This document shows, in pieces, positions 10,025 through 19,716 of a DNA stretch of 64,000 nt. Position 1 is the first letter of the stretch, and every line of letters starts with the position of its first letter. This DNA comes from an uncultured Prevotellaceae bacterium (GTDB lineage: Bacteria; Bacteroidota; Bacteroidia; Bacteroidales; Bacteroidaceae). The notes beneath the pieces are model-generated. The model was not told the DNA's origin. It saw only the letters and a program-made list of their open reading frames with translations, and ran no database searches. The stretch covers positions 54,908 through 118,907 of the forward strand of contig UQST01000005.1 in the NCBI GenBank assembly GCA_900543815.1, read 5' to 3'. The position numbers and the translations under genes are program-made.

Positions 10025-11125
10025 ATGGAACTATATCCTAAACTGATAACAGACGCACTCTCCACCGTGCGTTATCCTGGAACAGGAAAGAATGTGGTGG
10101 AGATGAAGATGCTGGAGGACGACTTGCGCATCGCAGGCATGCACGTCAGCTTCACACTCATCTTCGACAAGCCCACCGACCCCTTTATGAAGAGCATGGT
10201 GAAGGCTTGCGAGGCTGCCATACACGCTTATGTGAGCAAGGATGTGGAGGTTGAGGTGAAGACCAAAGCCTTGCAGGCTCCCCGTCCAGACCTCCCCGAT
10301 CTGCTTCCCGGCGTGAAGAACATCATAGCCGTAAGCAGTGGCAAGGGCGGAGTGGGCAAGAGCACAGTGGCTGCCAATCTGGCTGTGGCACTGTCCAAGA
10401 TGGGCATGAAGGTGGCTCTGCTCGATTGCGACATCTTCGGTCCTTCAGTACCCAAGATGTTCCATATAGAGGATGCCCGTCCCTATAGCGAGCGCATCAA
10501 CGGCCGCGACCTCATCATGCCCGTGGAGAAGTACGGAGTGAAGGTGCTCAGCATCGGCTTCTTCGTCAATCCCGACCAGGCAACGCTCTGGCGTGGAGGT
10601 ATGGCATGCAATGCCCTCAAGCAGCTCATAGGTGATGCCAACTGGGGCGACATCGACTATTTTGTCCTCGATACTCCTCCCGGAACCTCTGACATCCACC
10701 TCACCCTGGTGCAGACATTGCCCATCACAGGTGCTGTCATCGTGAGCACACCCCAGCAAGTGGCACTGGCCGATGCACGCAAGGGCATCAACATGTACCA
10801 GAACGACAAGGTGAATGTGCCTATTCTCGGACTGGTGGAGAACATGTCATGGTTCACTCCAGCCCAGCATCCCGACGAGCGTTACTTCCTCTTCGGGCAG
10901 GAAGGTGTGAAGCACCTGGCCGAGGAGATGAATGTGCCTCTCCTGGGACAGATTCCTGTGGTGCAGGATATCTGCCAGAGTGGCGACGAAGGAACGCCTG
11001 CAGCCCTCGACCCAACTACTACCACCGGCCATGCCTTCATGCAGTTGGCTGCCCGTGTAGTTACCGAGACCGACCGACGCAACTCGCAACTCCCTCCCAC
11101 CACCATAGTGGGTACCCACAAGTAA
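10025..11125 (+). CDS. mrp: Fe-S cluster carrier ATPase, Mrp/ApbC/NBP35 family
   Basis: 366 aa; N-terminal DUF59-like domain; deviant Walker A SGKGGVGKST; CxxC-containing C-terminal region. Confidence 0.9.
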   Translation: MELYPKLITDALSTVRYPGTGKNVVEMKMLEDDLRIAGMHVSFTLIFDKPTDPFMKSMVKACEAAIHAYVSKDVEVEVKTKALQAPRPDLPDLLPGVKNIIAVSSGKGGVGKSTVAANLAVALSKMGMKVALLDCDIFGPSVPKMFHIEDARPYSERINGRDLIMPVEKYGVKVLSIGFFVNPDQATLWRGGMACNALKQLIGDANWGDIDYFVLDTPPGTSDIHLTLVQTLPITGAVIVSTPQQVALADARKGINMYQNDKVNVPILGLVENMSWFTPAQHPDERYFLFGQEGVKHLAEEMNVPLLGQIPVVQDICQSGDEGTPAALDPTTTTGHAFMQLAARVVTETDRRNSQLPPTTIVGTHK

Positions 11126-11290
11126 GCAACCTATAGATAAGCAAATCCCTAACTGGCCTATGGCCTTACCAAGGAAGCCGCTGACAAATAAGCAACCTAC
11201 TGGCTTATGGCCTTATTAAGGATGCCGCTGACAAATAAGCAACCTACTGGCCTATGGCCTTACCAAGGGAACCGCTGAGAAATAAGCAAC
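11126..11290. repeat. Tandem repeat, about 47 bp x 3 (TAAGCAACCTACTGGCCTATGGCCTTACCAAGGAAGCCGCTGACAAA), starting at the mrp stop codon
   Basis: Three consecutive near-identical units read directly; the first unit has a roughly 19-bp insertion; a fourth partial unit (taagcaacctatacaaacaac) follows. Confidence 0.6.
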
Positions 11291-11306
11291 CTATACAAAC
11301 AACAAG

Positions 11307-11342
11307 TCCCTGTGGAATGACTCTCCACAGGGATTTTTTGTT
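11307..11342 (+). terminator. Intrinsic terminator downstream of mrp
   Basis: tccctgtgg-aatgactct-ccacaggga followed by ttttttgtt. Confidence 0.6.
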
Positions 11343-11699
11343 ATCGTATGCTCGGCATGAGCATTGTCTAACGGGTGCAAGTCCCAGGGAAAGGGCTATT
11401 TGCGAGTGTAAAGCAGTTATCTCATGTGCAGGATTCATTTTGCCTCCAGGGCGGGTATGCCGTACATCTCCACCGTCCAACCCAAGGCTGGACGGTCAGA
11501 GAATATATATTACTTTGCCAAGTAAGCAAGCTTCATCCACCGTCCAGCCTAGGGTTGGACGGTCAAGGGCAACTTCTTTCCTGATGTGAAGACACACAGG
11601 AAGTGCCGAAGAAGCCTACATCTCCCTGTTCACCAATCGGCTTCCCTTGTACAGCCTCGGAATCACAACCATCCGTTACTCTGTATTTACAGGGTGGTT

Positions 11700-14686
11700 G
11701 TTGCGCTATGTCCTCTTTCATCACCAAACCACAACCTCAAGGTGGTTCTCTGCGGATATAGTATGTTGCGTTATATCCTCTTTCATCACCAAACCACAAC
11801 CTCGGGATAGTAAGTCTTGCCGTCGGCATCGTTGCGTTATATCCTCTTTCATCACCAAACCACAACAGGTGCGTGTAATGCCCATGCCTTTGCCTGTTGC
11901 GTTATATCCTCTTTCATCACCAAACCACAACTAGGGCTGATAGGTTTTTGTGTGTGATTGAGTTGCGTTATATCTTCTTTCATCACCAAACCACAACCTT
12001 ATGACTGGTTTGATGGTTTATGGTACGTTGCGTTATATCTTCTTTCATCACCAAACCACAACCCTCCTGCTGCTACTAAGCCTAATCAAATGTTGCGTTA
12101 TATCTTCTTTCATCACCAAACCACAACAGTTACGGCAAATAATTGCTTTTGTTGTTGTTGCGTTATATCTTCTTTCATCACCAAACCACAACCTTTTTGC
12201 TTATTATAAAGCGTGGTTCGATGTTGCGTTATATCTTCTTTCATCACCAAACCACAACATGGCACTAAGGATAATTATTTGGGGATGGTTGCGTTATATC
12301 TTCTTTCATCACCAAACCACAACCTGCGTCTGATGTTCTTACCTTTATTAAGGTTGCGTTATATCTTCTTTCATCACCAAACCACAACCCAGCTGGGGAC
12401 ATAAAGTAACATTATACAGTTGCGTTATATCTTCTTTCATCACCAAACCACAACCAACAATGAAACAAGTAACATTAAAATCCAGTTGCGTTATATCTTC
12501 TTTCATCACCAAACCACAACCCGATTGACTCGCATAAGAGTCCTTTCTTGGTTGCGTTATATCTTCTTTCATCACCAAACCACAACCAATTCGTGCAGGA
12601 TTGTGTTTCTTTGGGGTTGCGTTATATCTTCTTTCATCACCAAACCACAACTTGGTGAGTGTGATATCGCCGCTAAGACTGGTTGCGTTATATCTTCTTT
12701 CATCACCAAACCACAACTCAAGGACGACCGCTTTCCACTGGATAACGTTGCGTTATATCTTCTTTCATCACCAAACCACAACTTTTTCATGCGTTTGTCC
12801 GCTCGTACTTGGTTGCGTTATATCTTCTTTCATCACCAAACCACAACCTTGAATGGGATTTGGTAAAGGACAATTAGTTGCGTTATATCTTCTTTCATCA
12901 CCAAACCACAACCTTTTTCCTCTGTTCCTCGTGTGCTTGGTTGTTGCGTTATATCTTCTTTCATCACCAAACCACAACAACTCGAGTATGAAAATCAGCG
13001 TAATGCAGTTGCGTTATATCTTCTTTCATCACCAAACCACAACGCAGGGCGGCTTCCCCGTCTCAAGACACCAGTTGCGTTATATCTTCTTTCATCACCA
13101 AACCACAACTTACCGCTTCGGATAGTGGCATAATGATGAGTTGCGTTATATCTTCTTTCATCACCAAACCACAACTCCAAGGTTCTGACTATGACGTATT
13201 TATAAGTTGCGTTATATCTTCTTTCATCACCAAACCACAACATGACCTTAGTTCTTTTTCTCGTTCAAATAGTTGCGTTATATCTTCTTTCATCACCAAA
13301 CCACAACCCGAAATCTCTTCTGATGTTGTGCGTGTATGTTGCGTTATATCTTCTTTCATCACCAAACCACAACTTTTGTATGATGCTTCACGGCCTGATA
13401 AAGGTTGCGTTATATCTTCTTTCATCACCAAACCACAACCTATAGCAAGAGAGCATAACGCTAATGCAGGTTGCGTTATATCTTCTTTCATCACCAAACC
13501 ACAACTTGATTTGAGTGCTTTGTGCCGTTCTAACAGTTGCGTTATATCTTCTTTCATCACCAAACCACAACATCGCCCGGCTGGTACATCTTTCTTTGTT
13601 GTTGCGTTATATCTTCTTTCATCACCAAACCACAACGTCAAGTCTCTGCAAATGAATCCATTGCTCGTTGCGTTATATCTTCTTTCATCACCAAACCACA
13701 ACTGCAAGATGCTGCTTTTCGTACTCGCGAACGTTGCGTTATATCTTCTTTCATCACCAAACCACAACCTGAGATGGAGGCTATACGTGCCAATATTGTT
13801 GCGTTATATCTTCTTTCATCACCAAACCACAACTTGTTACCATATTTGCGCAACACGGTATTTGTTGCGTTATATCTTCTTTCATCACCAAACCACAACT
13901 GGTTGGTGAATTGCTTACGCTTGGTGTTGTTGCGTTATATCTTCTTTCATCACCAAACCACAACTGCGCGCTACTCCTATGGCTGGTGTCGGTTGTTGCG
14001 TTATATCTTCTTTCATCACCAAACCACAACTCCAGTATGTCTAAATCTCGTTATTTCCGGTTGCGTTATATCTTCTTTCATCACCAAACCACAACGCGCT
14101 GCTCTTGCTCCTTTTGTTAAGTAGGTTGCGTTATATCTTCTTTCATCACCAAACCACAACTGCGTGATTATCATTCACCTATACAACAAGTTGCGTTATA
14201 TCTTCTTTCATCACCAAACCACAACTATGGTGCTTATCGTGGTATCCGTGGTTCTGTTGCGTTATATCTTCTTTCATCACCAAACCACAACTGTTACATT
14301 GTATTATTGCTATTGCTTGTGTTGCGTTATATCTTCTTTCATCACCAAACCACAACGCAGGGCGGCTTCCCCGTCTCAAGACATAAGTTGCGTTATATCT
14401 TCTTTCATCACCAAACCACAACCGGTATCGGAATGTAATTTAACATAGAAATGTTGCGTTATATCTTCTTTCATCACCAAACCACAACGCCCGCTTTGAT
14501 GGTTGCAAATATATACATGTTGCGTTATATCTTCTTTCATCACCAAACCACAACCCCTTGCAGATGGTTCTGCTCCTGCGACTGGTTGCGTTATATCTTC
14601 TTTCATCACCAAACCACAACTCCCCGAGAAGTTTTGAACGTGATTGGGTAGTTGCGTTATATCTTCTTTCATCACCAAACCACAAC
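11700..14686 (-). CRISPR. CRISPR array, 46 repeats of 36 nt with 45 spacers of 29-30 nt. Plus-strand repeat: GTTGCGTTATATCTTCTTTCATCACCAAACCACAAC. crRNA orientation (minus strand): GTTGTGGTTTGGTGATGAAAGAAGATATAACGCAAC
   Basis: Repeat starts counted by eye at 11700, 11765, 11831, 11896, 11962 ... 14585, 14651, period 65-66 nt. The four cas-distal repeats are degenerate (11700 copy GTTGCGCTATGTCC...; next three ATATCC instead of ATATCT). Lies directly downstream of cas2 on the same strand. Confidence 0.95.
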
Positions 14687-14770
14687 CTGTATTCCTTATG
14701 TGCTGTAATATTATACAGTTACAAGGCGTATATAGTACAGAAAATGGAATGGCGAGTTCCTTATCTATGG

Positions 14771-14778
14771 CAAAATTA
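14771..14778 (-). promoter_or_regulatory. Candidate leader promoter -7 element (TAATTTTG on the minus strand), immediately after the cas2 stop codon, about 85 nt upstream of the leader-proximal repeat
   Basis: Matches the Bacteroidetes TAnnTTTG -7 consensus; the -33 TTTG element is not clear. Confidence 0.3.
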
Positions 14779-15117
14779 CTAAAAAAACTCAAGTTGCACA
14801 GGCTTCTTTTGTACTTTTTGTTCTATCTCTCCCCATATATTGATGATGTTGGAGTATTGTTTGTCGGTTATCGTGATTATACTAAGTCTTCCCTTGCTGG
14901 GCATGAAGAGTTTTACCCGCTTGACGTGTACATCCCTTGATTCGAGTGAAGCACAGAAACGAATGTACACACTATATTGGTGCATTACGAATCCGTCGCG
15001 TTCAAGGCTCTTGCGGAAAACTGCATAATCATGTTTCTCCTTCTTGCTGACGGTTGGTAGGTCGAACATAACAACAATCCACATTATCTTATATGCATTG
15101 AGACGTGTTTCGCTCAT
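14779..15117 (-). CDS. cas2: CRISPR-associated endoribonuclease Cas2
   Basis: Track ORF 14779..15237 has an N-terminal extension overlapping cas1. Likely start at the internal ATG at 15117 (MSETRLNAYKIMWIVVMFDLPT..., about 112 aa, Cas2 size), overlapping the cas1 stop by 4 nt. Confidence 0.8.
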   Translation of the reverse strand: MSETRLNAYKIMWIVVMFDLPTVSKKEKHDYAVFRKSLERDGFVMHQYSVYIRFCASLESRDVHVKRVKLFMPSKGRLSIITITDKQYSNIINIWGEIEQKVQKKPVQLEFF

Positions 15118-16001
15118 TTGAGGGTAGGCAATGACAGTTTCTTCTGTTCCCCTGCATAGCATTTGGCAAGTGATGCCATGGTCATGGACAATCCTATTTG
15201 TAGCGGGCGGGTGACTTTGGGATAGTAAGTGTCGCACGATAGGCAGGATAACAGCTCAAACTTTGTATCTTTGTTCAGTTGAAGTTTGCCTTCTTCGCAG
15301 AGATTATAGACTATTTCATCCACGAAGGGGCGGAAAGGCTCCATCAGATCATCGGCAAGCGGAAAAGCGTTTCCTCTGTTGTGATGGAATATACCCAGGG
15401 AAGGAGTCAATCCTGCAGCCACTAACGCGCGGGCTGTTGCTGCACGCAGGATGGTGTAGCCGTAATTCAGAAGCGAGTTAATTCCGTCCTCATTGCGGTC
15501 TCTGAAGAAGTCTTTGCCAAACAGTTCTGTCCAATAAAGTTTTGCAGCTATCCCTTCTCGGTTGTCAACGTCTCCACTCTTTACGTTGGAGTATAGTGGC
15601 TTGAGGATATCTCCTCTGCCGTGCAACTTGTCTAATAATGCTGCTTGGTTGTTGATTTTGGATTCTATTATCTGTTTCCACAGTTGTTTCTTCTGCACTT
15701 CTCCTACGTTGATTTGATTGCGCAGAAATTCCCCTTGAAGGTTGTTGGCATCCAAATTCTGTAGCATGGCATGTGGCATGCCTTTCCTATCGCAGAGGAT
15801 TACAGCCACACCATTATCAACAAGTTCGTTGAGAAGTGGCATTGTCACACTGACCATTTGGTTCTCAATGATAATCATGCCAGTGTCCTCAATCGGGACT
15901 GTACGCACTTCGTCAGGAATGCCCTTGATAGTTATTACCAGTTGGGCATTCTTGAGCGAAAGTTGCGCAGGGGAGGTGAAGCAAAGTGTGCGTTTAAGCA
16001 T
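15114..16001 (-). CDS. cas1: CRISPR-associated endonuclease Cas1, type II
   Basis: 295 aa; sits between cas9 and cas2; acidic/His-containing C-terminal half (GIFHHNRGNAFPLADDLMEPFRP) typical of Cas1. Confidence 0.85.
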   Translation of the reverse strand: MLKRTLCFTSPAQLSLKNAQLVITIKGIPDEVRTVPIEDTGMIIIENQMVSVTMPLLNELVDNGVAVILCDRKGMPHAMLQNLDANNLQGEFLRNQINVGEVQKKQLWKQIIESKINNQAALLDKLHGRGDILKPLYSNVKSGDVDNREGIAAKLYWTELFGKDFFRDRNEDGINSLLNYGYTILRAATARALVAAGLTPSLGIFHHNRGNAFPLADDLMEPFRPFVDEIVYNLCEEGKLQLNKDTKFELLSCLSCDTYYPKVTRPLQIGLSMTMASLAKCYAGEQKKLSLPTLK

Positions 16002-16006
16002 ACTGA

Positions 16007-19000
16007 TTATTTTAGCTTGATTTCACCAATTGGTGTGATTTCAAAATCTACACCTTCTACTAAGGCCTTGAACTGGGTATGGTAGAGAAAAATAGATGCT
16101 CGTATCGGGTCTGTGTTCTTGTATGCTCCCTTTGTTATCTGTACGTCCTTGGCACTTCTAGCCTCACTGTGATGTCGTAGCGTGATTGTTCCATACCAAG
16201 TGCCTACAGGCAGGTAGCTTAGCCCTACTATCTTGTATAGACGTTTTGAGACGTCATTGACGTCTTTGAAGTCTATCTCCGTTGCACTGTTTTCGTACAA
16301 AAGAACCATCTGCCCAATCTTCAGCAAGTACTTGAGAGCGTAGCCCTTGGAACTTTTCTCTGGCACTATTGCAGGATAGTCATTTCTGTCGGTACTCTTC
16401 TTATAATAAGCCGCAGCATCAAGATTGTTCACAATCTCGTACTCTCGTTTTGTCTTACCTTTAACCATACCTTCGTAGATGGCGAGACAGTAGTTGCCGT
16501 CGTTAGCCACGTTGAATGTCTGCTTGTATTCTTTGGTGCTGGCATCCCGATGATGACGAATGTGAAGTGGAGTCTTAACAGATGGGGTATAGCAACGTAC
16601 CTTCTTAATCTCAATTCCTTTCTCTTCGTTCATGAATACGGGCTGGAGCACATTGTTCACAAAGGCAGCTTTCACTTTTTCTCTGACTACTTCATCCACA
16701 ATCTTATCTACATCGCTGAACTTGAAAGTGCAGTCAAGTGTCCTGCGAACCACATATTTTACGTCTCCATCCTGCTCTATGGCTCCATAGTAGGTATCCT
16801 GATGCAGGCTACCACGGGCACAATCTCCCTTGGCCTGTTTCTTACCATGGGGAGTGTCTATCATGCGGCAGGCTTTCTTGGGCATGTTGTCAGGAGTGTC
16901 GTGTACGACAAGCAACTCTTCGCTTATCTGCTTGAGGTCTTGGGTAAACGTGCTCCAGGGTTTGGGGAATATGGGCTTTTCGCCTTTGCCCTCTGTATAG
17001 TCATACATCTCATGATGATATCTGCTCATCTGGTTGAGCTCGTTCTTGCCGATGCAGGCTATGACTATAGCATCGATGCAATGGTGCGTGTGGCTGTCAC
17101 GTGACTTCTTTTCGTACTCTTCCTGTATCCCCCACATCTTGCGGAACTCTGCTGTGATGGGACCTTTGATGCTGAATACCTGTCGGCGTTCAGGGTGTAC
17201 CACATCGTGGAAGTAGCTCTTCAGATAGAGGGCAGCATACTTGGAGATGAGGCCGATGCCAGCTCCCTGACGCAGTGCAAAGCCTTCGGGCACTTCCTCC
17301 ATAGTGAAGCGCTGGTATTTGCCATGCCAGTAATCGCGCTCTATCTTCAGGCGGTTCTTCTTGCGTATGAGAGTGTCCTTGGTAGTTTTGTCCCAAACAC
17401 CTCGCGTGCTTATCTTGTCTATCTGTTTCGTGAGTTCTTCTACCTTCTTCTTCCAAGGCTCGATGCGAACAAGAATCTGTTCGTAATCAGGGAGCTTGGA
17501 AGGCAGTTGGGCTTTCTTGACAAAGCGGTTGTAATGGCTGTCACACAGGGTCATATTCTCCTGGGTGCTGTCACCTCCCACGCTGCGAGGTATGGTGTGC
17601 TCAATGTCAAAGGGAGTGCCTGCACCGACGAAATCAGTGATGCCGATATTCTTGCCTGTGTAAAGGCACACGTGGTCCTGTTCCTCCCACAATTGGAACT
17701 TGAGTATGTCGGTCTCTGTCGGCTCGATATCGCGGTTGGTCTGCTCTCTGTACAGCTTCTTCAGCTCCTCTGCATATTCCTTGTGCTTCTTGTCCAGTGT
17801 CCTCTGATGTTCGTTTATAGCGGCACGCATATTGGCATTGTTCAGTGAACGGGCATACTCGACGTGCACTTCTGTGTCGGGTCCAATCTTCCCTTCTTTG
17901 ATAAGGGTGTTCACTACCTTGCGTATTTCATGCAGAGAACGCATAGCCATGGGGTTGCGCACAGCATTGGTACGCGGGCTGCCCAGAAGGACAACTCCAT
18001 CATGGTTGGGCTTTGCATCCGGATAAGTCTCTATCATCGATGGGTGATAAAGCTTCTCCAACGCTTTCTCGCAGACGCCAAATTCCTCGTGCAGGAAATC
18101 CTTGATACAGAATTCGAGTGTGGAACGTTGGTCTCTCACTTCGTCAAGTGGTGCTGTTGCCATCTTGTTCACCTGGTCAAGGATTCGTTCACGCTTCTCT
18201 GGGTCGTTCCATATGTCGGCACCCACCAGTTTGGGAATGTTGCCCATAAACACAGCATGACTGTAGAGCATGCCCATCCTCAGGAAAGGAAGGACGTTGC
18301 GGATGGCCTTGAGCGAGAGTGATGAGAAGTTGTGGCTCAGGCGTATCTTGGCAAATTTCTCGGCATGTTCCTCGTCGAGTTGCAGGTGGTTGATGCCAAA
18401 CTCTTTCAGTTTGTCCTTGCTGTCGAAGAAATAGAGCACGTTCCAGATGTCGCATGCCATCTCTTCGGCAGTCTTTTGTCTGCCGTCCTTGCATTGGTTC
18501 ATGTCGAATGTCTCGGCTATTCCTTCCATCCAGTTGTCACCAAAGACGGTACGGAGCTGGGCTATCGTATGACATCCAGGCACACCTTGCGTCATGCGGA
18601 AGTTGAACTTGTATGGCTTTTTGCCAGCCTCCTTCGCATACTGGTAGTTGCCTTTTCCTGCTATCTTCTTGGCTATCTCTTCAAAGTCAAAGTTGGCCTT
18701 GCTCACTCGATAGAAGAGAGGCTTAATCTTGTACAACTCCACTTCGTTCAGGGGACGAGGTTCCATGTCATAAGGGTCTTCGATGCGCACGTTGTTGAGG
18801 AAGGACAACATGCGGAACTCCTCATACAGCGGATGAGAATCACTGCATCGTGGTTTGTTCTTCTCGAAGGTACATTTGCCCACGCTTTGACGTTGGCTTT
18901 TGAGCGGACGCTGGAAGTAAAGAGCGCGTTCCAGTTCATGCCTTATCTCTTGGCTTAATCCCTGTTTGTCGCAGATGGCATGGAACTCTTTCTTGTAATG

Positions 19001-19663
19001 CTCTTCGCGGTCGATGTATCTTGTTCGTATGCGCACTTTGTTTCCCTGTTGCGTGTATAGCATGTAGAAGTATTCGCCCAGGTATTCGCACCCGGCTTTC
19101 TCCATCTCTTGGCTCAACTCCGAAATGCCTTGCTTTACGGCTCCGCTTTCTTTTTCCTCATTGGCATCCAAACGATTGCTCATGAATCCTCTGCGCTGTG
19201 CCAGATGATAAAGGGCTCTTCCCAGAGTATAGCGGTCAGCCTGTTTGTTGAGGTCGAACTTTTCCGTCAGGCAGATGTGGCGACTGTGGTAGGGGTTGAT
19301 GCCTTTGTTCTCATCTGTGCGCTGCCACTGCATGAATTCATCCTTTCTGGGATAAATCTTGCGCGTATGCCACAGCTTCAGATCCTCTTCTGTCAATGCT
19401 GGACACAGATTGTGCTTGACAAGCACCTTGAGCACTTCTATCTTGCGCAGTCTGCGTCGGAAGTATTGGCGTCGCAATGCTCTGTGGGCAGTTCGATCTG
19501 CTGCCTTGCTGGACTCTATGCCCTTCTCTATCTTGACTCCTTCCTGAAAGATGAGTGTTCCTTTGTCCACCAATGTCTGTTCACCGCTTTCTTCGCGGTC
19601 AACAATGGCCCATCCGAGGCTGTTGGAGCCAGTATCAAGGCCTAAAACACGCTTTTTTGCCAT
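16007..19663 (-). CDS. cas9: Cas9, type II-C, compact at 1218 aa
   Basis: RuvC-I LGLDTGSNSLGWAIV (Asp at position 10); Arg-rich bridge helix RTAHRALRRQYFRRRLRK; RuvC-II VHVEYARS; HNH FDIEHTIPRSVGGDSTQENMTLCDSHYNRFVKK; RuvC-III HHCIDAIVIA. No csn2 or cas4 in the locus, hence II-C. Confidence 0.95.
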   Translation of the reverse strand: MAKKRVLGLDTGSNSLGWAIVDREESGEQTLVDKGTLIFQEGVKIEKGIESSKAADRTAHRALRRQYFRRRLRKIEVLKVLVKHNLCPALTEEDLKLWHTRKIYPRKDEFMQWQRTDENKGINPYHSRHICLTEKFDLNKQADRYTLGRALYHLAQRRGFMSNRLDANEEKESGAVKQGISELSQEMEKAGCEYLGEYFYMLYTQQGNKVRIRTRYIDREEHYKKEFHAICDKQGLSQEIRHELERALYFQRPLKSQRQSVGKCTFEKNKPRCSDSHPLYEEFRMLSFLNNVRIEDPYDMEPRPLNEVELYKIKPLFYRVSKANFDFEEIAKKIAGKGNYQYAKEAGKKPYKFNFRMTQGVPGCHTIAQLRTVFGDNWMEGIAETFDMNQCKDGRQKTAEEMACDIWNVLYFFDSKDKLKEFGINHLQLDEEHAEKFAKIRLSHNFSSLSLKAIRNVLPFLRMGMLYSHAVFMGNIPKLVGADIWNDPEKRERILDQVNKMATAPLDEVRDQRSTLEFCIKDFLHEEFGVCEKALEKLYHPSMIETYPDAKPNHDGVVLLGSPRTNAVRNPMAMRSLHEIRKVVNTLIKEGKIGPDTEVHVEYARSLNNANMRAAINEHQRTLDKKHKEYAEELKKLYREQTNRDIEPTETDILKFQLWEEQDHVCLYTGKNIGITDFVGAGTPFDIEHTIPRSVGGDSTQENMTLCDSHYNRFVKKAQLPSKLPDYEQILVRIEPWKKKVEELTKQIDKISTRGVWDKTTKDTLIRKKNRLKIERDYWHGKYQRFTMEEVPEGFALRQGAGIGLISKYAALYLKSYFHDVVHPERRQVFSIKGPITAEFRKMWGIQEEYEKKSRDSHTHHCIDAIVIACIGKNELNQMSRYHHEMYDYTEGKGEKPIFPKPWSTFTQDLKQISEELLVVHDTPDNMPKKACRMIDTPHGKKQAKGDCARGSLHQDTYYGAIEQDGDVKYVVRRTLDCTFKFSDVDKIVDEVVREKVKAAFVNNVLQPVFMNEEKGIEIKKVRCYTPSVKTPLHIRHHRDASTKEYKQTFNVANDGNYCLAIYEGMVKGKTKREYEIVNNLDAAAYYKKSTDRNDYPAIVPEKSSKGYALKYLLKIGQMVLLYENSATEIDFKDVNDVSKRLYKIVGLSYLPVGTWYGTITLRHHSEARSAKDVQITKGAYKNTDPIRASIFLYHTQFKALVEGVDFEITPIGEIKLK

Positions 19664-19673
19664 ATTCTTATGA

Positions 19674-19710
19674 TTTGTTTTGCTCGTTATTTATATATTC
19701 CTTATATTTG
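19674..19710 (+). promoter_or_regulatory. Candidate tracrRNA promoter: TTTG at 19674-19677 and 19679-19682 (-33-like), TATATTTG at 19703-19710 (-7)
   Basis: Bacteroidetes sigma-A consensus TTTG...TAnnTTTG with about 21-nt spacing; predicted TSS near 19717-19720. Confidence 0.5.
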
Positions 19711-19716
19711 CAACAT

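Noticed and set aside
11468-11566. Two 31-nt hairpin copies 67 bp apart considered as a two-repeat mini-CRISPR
   Set aside because: Only two copies, with a perfect internal palindrome. More consistent with duplicated terminator or REP-like hairpins.
11700-14686. 36-nt GTTG...CAAC repeat resembles Cas13b direct repeats, which are common in Prevotella; considered calling a type VI-B array
   Set aside because: The array is directly flanked by cas2-cas1-cas9 on the same strand. A tracrRNA-like anti-repeat complementary to the minus-strand repeat sits upstream of cas9. No Cas13b-sized ORF (about 1100 aa with HEPN motifs) adjoins the array. 36-nt repeats are also normal for II-C systems, for example Neisseria and Campylobacter.
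11586-14792. Dozens of ORFs of 60-260 aa on both strands across the array (e.g. 13133..13909 +, 13189..13767 -, 14376..14792 -)
   Set aside because: They consist of the same repeat-encoded peptides (VALYLLSSPNHN, CVISSFITKPQ, LRYIFFHHQTTT, WFGDERRYNAT, CGLVMKEDITQ) reiterated. They are artefacts of translating CRISPR repeats.
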